In this document: positions 55,594 to 64,000 of the stretch, in pieces | How positions within the stretch are numbered: position 1 is the first letter of the stretch | Layout: each line of letters starts with the position of its first letter | NCBI GenBank assembly: GCA_963664115.2 | Contig: CAXWPJ010000012.1 | Location: forward strand, 525,356 to 589,355 | Origin: Terriglobia bacterium | Lineage (GTDB): Bacteria; Acidobacteriota; Terriglobia; 20CM-2-55-15 | Reading direction: 5' to 3' | DNA length: 64,000 nucleotides | Position numbers and translations under genes: made by a program | The notes under the pieces: generated by a model | What the model saw: the letters and a program-made list of their open reading frames with translations, nothing else | Databases searched by the model: none | Told to the model about the DNA's origin: nothing

Positions 55594-57474
55594 TCAAGGG
55601 ACCGGTGACGTCGTCTGGAGGCGACGCCACACCGGAATCAGCGCCACGCCGACCACGATCCAGCCGGCTCGCCACACGCCCGCAGGCAGGCCGAAGGGCG
55701 TGGGGCTGCCGACGAGCCAGGAGCCGAGGCCCACGATGAGCGCAAAGACGCTGCCGGCGGCCACGAAGGTCGCCGCCAGACCCACCCAGAAGAGGCGGGC
55801 GGGGGTTGCGGGCGCCTCATCACAGCGGGTAGCGATAGCGGACCAGGCACCCGGCGGTCGAATGCGCCGGTAGAAGTCGTCGAGGTGCTGCGCATCGACC
55901 GCCGGCGTGAGCAGCGAGGCGGCGACCGAGGCCAGTGTCGCGATGAGCGTCATCGCCACCATTCGCACCGCTTCATCGCCCGGCGCGGGGAGCGCGTAGA
56001 GCAGCACCGGCGCGGCGACCAGGGAGATCGCGATCGGGGCCAGCTCACCCCAGGCGTTCTGCCGATGCCAGAACCACCGCAGGAGCAGGGGGATCCCCAT
56101 CCCGGCGCCGAAGAGCAGGCTCGTGGTCCACGCCTCCTGGATCGAGCCGAGCCGCGACATGATGGCGAGGGCGATCACGAGGATCACGATGTTGGAGAGG
56201 CGGGCGATCCACACGAGGCGGCGGGGGTCTGCCTTGTGGCCACGAATCCGCTGGCAGTAGAGGCGGTCGTAGAGATCGTTAGTCCAGTAGCCGGCGCCCC
56301 AGTTGAGGTGGGTGTCGATGGTGGACGCGAGCGCGGCGAGCATCCCGACCAGCATCAAGCCGAGCGCGCCGGGGGGGAGGTGGTCGCGGATTCCGAGCAC
56401 GAAGGTCGCCTCGCGCTCCGCCACCGCCGCGCCGGTGATCTCACCGGTCGCCGGGTAGAGCACCATCAAGCCGACGACGATCGGCAGCCAGAGCAGGGTG
56501 CGCAGCAGGCTCTGGGTGTACGTGAACACAACCGCCGCGCGTTGGGCATCCTGGTCGCTTCGGCAGGCCATCGAACGCTGGGCGAGATAGCCGGTGCCGT
56601 CGCTGTTGGCTTGCGCGATCCATTGCAGTCCGAGAATGGCGAGCACCGAGAGAGCGCCTGCGGCGCCCTCGGTGGGGCTGAAGCTCAGCATCTCGGCGGC
56701 GCGCTCGGTGCCGTAAAGGGATTCGAGTCTGCTTCCGATCGCCCCGAGCCCCCCGATCTCGTCGGTCACCACCCACGCATACGCGAAGGTCGCGAGCAAG
56801 GCGATGAAGAGCTGCACCACGTCGGTGTTGATGACGCTGCGCAGGCCCCCGGTCGCCGAATAGAGGGTCGTGAAGGCGACGATGAGGAAGATCGAGAGGA
56901 GGTTGGAGGCGCTGAGCAGCCACACCTCCGGCGCGCCGACGTTGACCGTGAAAGGCGTGCCCACCCACTGCACCGCCGCGGCCAACGGGGCGAGCATCCC
57001 GTCGGGCAACCAGAGGTGCCAGGTCAGGAAGGGCTCGGTGATCCGGGTGGCCGCGAGCAAGACCATCGCGAGCACCACGCAGTTGATCACGGTGCCGAAG
57101 TAGATCGCCTTCACGTAGCGCAGCAGCTCTGCCGCCCGGCCACTGTAGCGTTGCTCGCACAGCTCGGCGTCGGTCAGGATCGATGCGCGCCTCCACGCAG
57201 GGGCGAGCAGGAAGCCCATGAGCAGAAACGCGAGGGAGTAGACCCAGAAGCGCCACAGCGCGAAGATGCCCGCGGTCGCGATCAGCCCCGTGACCACCAG
57301 CGGGGTGTCGGCCGCGTACTGGGTGGCGGCCATCGAGAGCCCCGCCTTCCAACCCGAGATTCTGCGCCCGGCCAGGAAGTATTCCTCAGGGCCCTGCGAG
57401 GCGTCCTTGCGTGCCGTAAACCCGGACCACAGGGCATACGTGACGAAGGCGAGCACCAGCAGGAGATCGATCAC
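55594..57474 (-). CDS. Sodium:solute symporter family protein (markedly GC-rich)
   Basis: EYFLAGR, SMAATQYAADTP and GGLRSVINTD motifs with many TM helices. Confidence 0.9.
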   Translation of the reverse strand: MIDLLLVLAFVTYALWSGFTARKDASQGPEEYFLAGRRISGWKAGLSMAATQYAADTPLVVTGLIATAGIFALWRFWVYSLAFLLMGFLLAPAWRRASILTDAELCEQRYSGRAAELLRYVKAIYFGTVINCVVLAMVLLAATRITEPFLTWHLWLPDGMLAPLAAAVQWVGTPFTVNVGAPEVWLLSASNLLSIFLIVAFTTLYSATGGLRSVINTDVVQLFIALLATFAYAWVVTDEIGGLGAIGSRLESLYGTERAAEMLSFSPTEGAAGALSVLAILGLQWIAQANSDGTGYLAQRSMACRSDQDAQRAAVVFTYTQSLLRTLLWLPIVVGLMVLYPATGEITGAAVAEREATFVLGIRDHLPPGALGLMLVGMLAALASTIDTHLNWGAGYWTNDLYDRLYCQRIRGHKADPRRLVWIARLSNIVILVIALAIMSRLGSIQEAWTTSLLFGAGMGIPLLLRWFWHRQNAWGELAPIAISLVAAPVLLYALPAPGDEAVRMVAMTLIATLASVAASLLTPAVDAQHLDDFYRRIRPPGAWSAIATRCDEAPATPARLFWVGLAATFVAAGSVFALIVGLGSWLVGSPTPFGLPAGVWRAGWIVVGVALIPVWRRLQTTSPVP

Positions 57475-57598
57475 CTGCGCTTTATATCACAGCCCACCAG
57501 TGCTATTGGGGGCGCGGAGATTTCCACGAGATGACTGCCCCCAACGATCGACCGCGCCGCACCTTCACAATCATCTCGCACCCCGATGCGGGCAAGAC

Positions 57599-57750
57599 GA
57601 TCAGCATCCTTCGCAAACTCTTCGGGCAAAGTCTTAAATAGCGACTTCCCGTCCCAGTTTCATATCCCGCGCACGCCACACCTCACCCATACCGCCCTTG
57701 CCCAGAAGGCTCAGGATCGCGTAGTGACCGAGTTTGGTGCCTGTTTTCAT
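57599..57750 (-). pseudogene. 5' remnant of a Ser/Thr kinase gene
   Basis: [38 protein letters not shown], a frameshift, then KTLPEEFAKDAD. Confidence 0.85.
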
Positions 57751-57953
57751 GTTTAAAGTGTGTCGCTGAAAATACCGTGAAAAACTCGGTAAAAGATACT
57801 AGATGAGGGAGTTAGGCGCTATCAAATTCTCAAGTCCCTGCAAACGACCTTCTCGGACTCTGAGAAAAGGCCCTAAAAACGGGATTCTCAAGGTCCGAGA
57901 AGATGATTTCTCAGGACTTGACCCGGAGAATTAAGGCACAGGCACCCGTTCCT

Positions 57954-58589
57954 TCAGCTCTTCAAACCCGATTTGGACGATTCTGTGTTGAGAGCCTCAG
58001 AGTTCAATCTCCATTCCTGCAACCGTCGGCGACAGGTGCAGTGTTTTCCCAGATGGTACAAACCGACAAGATCGGCAGTAAAGGAGAACGGCTGCACTGG
58101 GATCTCGTTCCGACCGACGCCGAGGGTGACATGGGGGTCATACCTGTCGAAGCTCGCGGCTTCCCGATATTCGGAAACGTATTCGATCTCCCAGCCCTGA
58201 ACGCTCTGTCCTTGTGAGAAGAAGGCACTGCCGTCACCCCGCGACTTGGACAGCCCCGCTAAGGCGTTCACCAGATCGTCGTGAATCTGCCTTAACGCTT
58301 TTGTTTTCGCAATGCGGAGATACGTTGTAGTTCCGGCGAAAGCTGTTTCTAACGCCTGTAGTCGCAACGGGGATCGGCCCTTCAAGACTTTCCCTACTTC
58401 ACTGCATAGCGCGGCTAGGTTCGATTTCAAGACGAACTGCTGAACTAACGTAACGTGAGGAAAGTGAGTTGAGTCAAAAGCAAAACCTGTGGGGCCATCC
58501 TGCACCAGAGCCGTGTTGATTTGTTTGCAGAGTTCGTTTGTTTCCTCTGGTAGCAGCAGAGCAACATCAACGGCGAGCAGTTCTTTCAT
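57954..58589 (-). CDS. 2H phosphoesterase (2'-5' RNA ligase family)
   Basis: Two PHVTL motifs. Confidence 0.85.
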   Translation of the reverse strand: MKELLAVDVALLLPEETNELCKQINTALVQDGPTGFAFDSTHFPHVTLVQQFVLKSNLAALCSEVGKVLKGRSPLRLQALETAFAGTTTYLRIAKTKALRQIHDDLVNALAGLSKSRGDGSAFFSQGQSVQGWEIEYVSEYREAASFDRYDPHVTLGVGRNEIPVQPFSFTADLVGLYHLGKHCTCRRRLQEWRLNSEALNTESSKSGLKS

Positions 58590-58667
58590 TCGGGGGCGGC
58601 AACGCGGCGATCTACGCCATGACGAGCTTGATAACTAGTGACAGTCGATTTCGTTTTCACGGGAGAG

Positions 58668-60055
58668 GAGTTATAACCGAATCTGGTGTTTGAGGGATTG
58701 AATAAGAGCGGCGTATCTGGTTGATTTGTTGTGACAAAACTTCAAAGCAACCATAGGAGATACGCCACTGTGAGCAAGAGTAACGTGAATGGACCGGAAG
58801 GTCGAGAAACGATTGAGGATCCAGTAACAGAACTACTACGAGTTGGGGCACAGCAACTGATCCAACGCGCAGTGGAAGCCGAATTGGCAGAGCTGCTATC
58901 CCAGCACGGTGGCCGGCGAACTGAGACAGGAAACGCCGGGGTGGTACGCAACGGTTATCTGCCGGAACGCGAACTGCAGACGGGATTGGGTCCGGTAACA
59001 GTCCAAATCCCGAAGGTCCTGGGTGCCAAGACGGGCGAAGCTGTGACGTTCCGATCGGCCCTGGTACCACCGTACATTCGGAAGACGAAGTCGCTGGAAG
59101 CAGCGGTGCCGTGGTTGTATTTGAAAGGCGTTTCCAGCGGCGAGATGGGTGAGGCCCTAAAAGTTCTTGTCGGTCCCCAGGCGCAGGGTCTGTCGGCGAG
59201 CACGGTATCGCGGTTGAAACAGGTTTGGGGCGAACAGTACCGCCTCGGATGCGAGGAGCGTTTGGATGCCGATCGCTGGGTCTATGTCTGGGCCGACGGC
59301 ATCTACAGCGGACTTCGGGCGGAACAAAGCAAGTTGTGCGCATTGGTCGTGATCGGCGTGAATGAACGCGGAGAGAAGCGTTTTCTGGCGATCGAGGATG
59401 GTATCCGGGAATCGACACAGAGTTGGCGTGAGGTCTTGTTGAAGCTGAAGTCACGTGGAATGAATATCCCGGAGTTGGCCATCGGTGACGGTGCGATGGG
59501 GTTCTGGGCCGCACTGGAGGAAATCTATCCCGAGACACGTCAACAACGTTGCTGGATGCACAAAGTCATGAACGTCCTCAACTGCCTGCCCAAGTCGGTC
59601 CAGGCGAAGGCGAAACAGGCCCTGCACTCGATCTGGCAGGCCGAGACGAAGGCAGACGCCGAGAAGGCATTCGACTTGTTCATTGAAACCTATGAACCGA
59701 AGTATCCGAAAGCCACACTCTGCCTGCAGAAAGACAGAGAGGAACTGCTGGCCTTTTACGACTTTCCGGCCAAGCACTGGCAGAGCATCAGAACGACGAA
59801 TCCCATTGAGTCGACCTTTGCCACCATTCGACACCGAACGAAGCGATCCAGAGGTTGCCTGACACGGGATGGCATGCTGCACATGATGTTCAAACTGGGC
59901 CAGTGCGCTGAGAACAATTGGCGACGATTACGAGGATTCGATGATCTGAGCAAGGTAATCATCGGAGTGAAATTCAACGATGGTGTCGAAGCGACACAAG
60001 TCGATCAGGCCGCCGCTTGAATCAATCTCCTAAACACCACTTTTGACAATAACTC
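58668..60055 (+). mobile_element. IS256-family element, intact transposase ending at 60020
   Basis: Same ends as 39172-40772. No clean 9-bp TSD. Confidence 0.93.
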
Positions 60056-60116
60056 GAGAGGAGCCGTAAACACTACTAACGGCACCGGCACCCGTTCCTT
60101 CAGTTCTTCAAACAAG

Positions 60117-60229
60117 ACTTCATGAGTGCCGCTCACCCCGAATGATGAAATTTCGTTTTGCGCCTAAACACCCAGAAGGGAGCAAGACGCCCGTACTCAA
60201 ATTAAAGAACTTACGCCATATTTTCGTAA
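60117..60229. mobile_element. Short non-coding insert, copy 3
   Basis: Close homologue of 37047-37162, at the same position in a kinase tail. Confidence 0.65.
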
Positions 60230-60573
60230 CAGTTCAGGACGATGTTGATTTGGGGTCATGCGACCTCGCCGCTATCGGCCTGGTCGGCGGGCCGAAACGG
60301 GTTGAGACTCGACACCGCCTCGGTTCACCGCCTCGAATCTACACTGGGGATGACTCGACGGACTCGGCCTACTTCGCCACAGATCCCAGGAGGGCGACGT
60401 CACGGGGCGCACTCAAGTTAAATGACCCCCGGCAAAGCCGGGGGCTTAATTTTGTTAGCCCCTCAAAAGGGCCGGTCAAGAGCCGCCTGAAGGCGGCGAA
60501 TTCGCCCACGGTATGTTCAACTGCTCCACAATTCTTCGTCCGTCGGTACTTCGGTACGGACACCGCGTGACAC

Positions 60574-63138
60574 TAGTGTAGCCCGTCGAAATTAATGTAA
60601 CGTAATTGCTTTTCCAACGTCAAATGTTGGTATGAGAAAAGCAGCAACGATTGAATTGGATAACGAACAGCGCAAGGAATTGAAACGACTGAGTCGAAGC
60701 CGGAGTACGACGGTACGGTTGGCAGAACGATCCCGAATTATCTTACTGGCCGACGAAGGGCTGAATAATCAGGATATCGCAGCCCGGCTGAAGATTACGC
60801 GCCAGAAGGCCGGGCGATGGCGCGATCGTTTTGTGCGACATGGACTGGCAGGGATCGAAAAGGACGCGCACCGAAGTGGACGAATTCCCTCGATCAGCGC
60901 CCGGAAGCGGGCCCGGATCGTGAAGAAGACGATTGAAGAGAAGCCCCCCAACGCGACGCATTGGAGCCGGTCTTTGATGGCGGCGGCGACCGGAGTCAGC
61001 GATGCGACAGTCGGAAGGATTTGGCGGGCCCCTGGACTGAAGCCACATCTGTCACGCACATTCAAACTGTCCAACGACAAACAATTTGCCGAGAAGCTGG
61101 AGGATGTGGTCGGTCTGTATCTGAGTCCGCCGGAAAACGCCATCGTCTTATCCTGCGATGAGAAGAGCCAGATGCAGGCCCTGGATCGTACGCAACCCGG
61201 GTTACCTTTGAAGAAGGGGCGCGGTGGCACCATGACCCACGATTACAAGCGCAATGGAACGACCACGTTGTTCGCCGCGCTCAATACCCTGGACGGTTCA
61301 GTGATTGGGACCTGCATGCCCAAGCATCGGCATCAGGAGTGGATTCGGTTTCTCAATACAATCAAACGCTCCGTGCCCAAAGACAAGCAGATCCATATCA
61401 TCTGCGACAACTATGCGACGCACAAACACCAGAAAGTCGTCAACTGGCTCAAGCGCAACTCACGATTTCATGTGCAGTTGGCTTCACGCCAACCAGCGCA
61501 TCCTGGCTCAACATGGTTGAACGCTTCTTCCGGGATCTTTCTGAACAACGGCTTCGGCGTGGGGTATTCTGCTCTGTTCCGGAGTTAATAAGGGCCGTGG
61601 AAAACTACGTCGCCGGCCATAACCAGGAGTTATTGTCAAAAGTGGTGTTTAGGAGATTGATTCAAGCGGCGGCCTGATCGACTTGTGTCGCTTCGACACC
61701 ATCGTTGAATTTCACTCCGATGATTACCTTGCTCAGATCATCGAATCCTCGTAATCGTCGCCAATTGTTCTCAGCGCACTGGCCCAGTTTGAACATCATG
61801 TGCAGCATGCCATCCCGTGTCAGGCAACCTCTGGATCGCTTCGTTCGGTGTCGAATGGTGGCAAAGGTCGACTCAATGGGATTCGTCGTTCTGATGCTCT
61901 GCCAGTGCTTGGCCGGAAAGTCGTAAAAGGCCAGCAGTTCCTCTCTGTCTTTCTGCAGGCAGAGTGTGGCTTTCGGATACTGAAGCAATCGGTTCATAGG
62001 TTTCAATGAACAAGTCGAATGCCTTCTCGGCGTCTGCCTTCGTCTCGGCCTGCCAGATCGAGTGCAGGGCCTGTTTCGCCTTCGCCTGGACCGACTTGGG
62101 CAGGCAGTTGAGGACGTTCATGACTTTGTGCATCCAGCAACGTTGTTGACGTGTCTCGGGATAGATTTCCTCCAGTGCGGCCCAGAACCCCATCGCACCG
62201 TCACCGATGGCCAACTTCGGAACATTCATCCCACGGGACTTCAGCTTCAACAAGACCTCGCGCCAACTCTGTGTCGATTCCCGTACACCGTCTTCGATCG
62301 CCAGGAAACGCTTCTCTCCGCGTTCATTCACGCCGATCACGACCAATGCACACAACTTGGTTTGTTCCGCCCGAAGTCCGCTGTAGATGCCGTCGGCCCA
62401 GACATAGACCCAGCGATCTGCATCCAAACGCTCCTCGCATCCGAGGCGGTACTGTTCGCCCCAAACCTGTTTCAACCGCGATACCGTGCTCGCCGACAGA
62501 CCCTGCGCCTGGGGACCGACAAGAACTTTTAGGGCCTCACCCATCTCGCCGCTGGAAACGCCTTTCAAATACAACCACGGCACCGCTGCTTCCAGCGACT
62601 TCGTCTTCCGAATGTACGGTGGTACCAGGGCCGATCGGAACGTCACAGCTTCGCCCGTCTTGGCACGGACCTTCGGGATTTGGACTGTTACCGGACCCAA
62701 TCCCGTCTGCAGTTCGCGTTCCGGCAGATAACCGTTGCGTACCACCCCGGCGTTTCCTGTCTCAGTTCGCCGGCCACCGTGCTGGGATAGCAGCTCTGCC
62801 AATTCGGCTTCCACTGCGCGTTGGATCAGTTGCTGTGCCCCAACTCGTAGTAGTTCTGTTACTGGATCCTCAATCGTTTCTCGACCTTCCGGTCCATTCA
62901 CGTTACTCTTGCTCACAGTGGCGTATCTCCTATGGTTGCTTTGAAGTTTTGTCACAACAAATCAACCAGATACGCCGCTCTTATTCAATCCCTCAAACAC
63001 CAGATTCGGTTATAACTCCATAACCAGAATCCCAAGCCGTTCATCTGGACCGTTATTCAAGCTTCCGACATCCTTGAAAAAGTCCAACGCGCTCGCAAGA
63101 GCCTCAATAAGGTACAGTCTGTTTGACGGGGACCACTA
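60574..63138 (+). mobile_element. IS630-family element (transposase from 60632, frameshifted), interrupted by IS256
   Basis: DEKSQMQAL, THDYKRNGTTTLFAAL, DNYATHK and SASWLNMVER motifs, with CTAG-bounded inverted ends. Confidence 0.9.
61627..63018 (-). mobile_element. IS256-family element, frameshifted near 61985
   Basis: Inverted copy with 9-bp TSD CATAACCAG (61618-61626 / 63019-63027). Confidence 0.93.
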
Positions 63139-63301
63139 GCAATCCCATGTCGTGTGCAATAGGCTTTGGCAGTCTTTCGTTACGTCCTCCTTGTTCGAAA
63201 GTTGGCGCTTCCAAGGAGGAGTTCCTTATTTACTGCCGCTTTCGGTCAAACCTCTGCGAGTCGCCCCGGCAGAGCCGGGGCTTTACCTGTTGGAATTAGC
63301 C

Positions 63302-64000
63302 CTAGCTTCCACTGCCATCCGTTGTGCTGCCACCACCAAGGTCACTCACAAAGGACTGGAGCATGGTGGTGAACTCCATGGGGAATATGAACTTGGTGGC
63401 GGCACCTTCTCCGAGTCGCTTCAGCGTCTCAAAGTATTGCAGGCTCATAGTTCGGGCGTCTGCGGTCCGGGCAACCGTGTTGATCTGAGTGAGGGCGTTG
63501 CTGAACCCTTCCGCGTTGAGAATAGCGGCCTGGCGAGTCCCCTCAGCACGGAGCATGGCGGCCTGCCGCTCACCCTCAGCTTTAAGGATGGCCGCCTGCT
63601 TTTCCCCCTCGGCTCGGTTTATTTGGGCCTGGCGTTGTCCTTCCGACTCTGTGATATCGGCCGTCTTGATGGCCTCCGCCGACTTCTCCCTCTCCATGGC
63701 GTTCTTCACCCCGTCGGGTGGGTCGATCTCGTTGATTGCGGCCCCGCGGACCTTGACCCCCAGCGGCCCGTATTTTCGTCCAGCGCAATCTGGAGCTGAC
63801 TTTGTATCTGCTCCCGTTCGCTTAGCGCCGCGGCCAGAGTTATATTGCCAATGATGGACCTGAGCTCTGCCACGGCCAGGTTCCGCACCGCCAGGCGGTG
63901 GTTCGCCACCTCGAGGACCGATTTCTCCGCTTGATCCGGTAGGACGCGGTAATAGAGTACAAAGTCCATGTCCACAACCACGTTGTCCTTGGTGATGTAC
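63302..64000 (-). CDS. SPFH/band-7 (paraslipin-like) protein, partial, with a frameshift near 63760
   Basis: ITKDNVVV.MD, LRSIIGN and AEG.KQAAIL.AEG repeats. Confidence 0.85.
   Translation of the reverse strand, partial: VHHQGQRGCGHGLCTLLPRPTGSSGEIGPRGGEPPPGGAEPGRGRAQVHHWQYNSGRGAKRTGADTKSAPDCAGRKYGPLGVKVRGAAINEIDPPDGVKNAMEREKSAEAIKTADITESEGQRQAQINRAEGEKQAAILKAEGERQAAMLRAEGTRQAAILNAEGFSNALTQINTVARTADARTMSLQYFETLKRLGEGAATKFIFPMEFTTMLQSFVSDLGGGSTTDGSGS

Larger units (their letters stand above)
60415..63292 (-). mobile_element. IS200/IS605-family (tnpA) remnant split by IS630
   Basis: Terminal hairpins CCCCCGGCAAAGCCGGGGG and GCCCCGGCAGAGCCGGGGC. Rejoined flanks read KDCQSLLHTTWDC-CHAVSVPKYRR, a TnpA-like N-terminus. 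Confidence 0.65.

Noticed and set aside
55885-57534. 549-aa Arg-rich plus-strand ORF and similar long antisense ORFs (2013-2924, 3730-4704, 39146-40039)
   Set aside because: These are shadow ORFs opposite well-supported genes in GC-rich DNA and have no recognisable motifs.

Overview
Bacterial accessory region of about 57% GC by eye. The ECF/anti-sigma/DUF4252 module and the Ser/Thr kinase remnants suggest Acidobacteriota, which is an inference. 1-7.6 kb holds secreted-protein genes and an operon of a rhodanese-cytochrome c fusion, an outer-membrane barrel and a MerB-like probable selenoprotein. 7.6-17.5 kb is a polysaccharide-gene block bracketed by IS3-like copies. The main signal spans ~17.5-58 kb: about 21 full, half or interrupted copies of a 40-bp bipartite palindrome (TTCTCAACGTCCGAGAA-GATGAT-TTCTCAGGACTTGAGAA). 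Almost all are in direct orientation and separate 0.3-5 kb units carrying unrelated cargo genes, like an integron cassette array but with a non-attC site. Many units keep the extreme 3' end (...INIVLNWFEELKERVPVP*) and sometimes the 5' end ([18 protein letters not shown]) of a Ser/Thr kinase gene, with cargo in between. Four unrelated mobile element types sit inside the repeat: IS30 (twice), an IS1111 whose non-coding end carries guides matching the repeat, an ORF-less group II intron whose EBS1 matches the repeat, and a tyrosine recombinase/IS91 element. No cognate recombinase for the repeat could be identified in the window. All calls were made by eye and no database searches were run.
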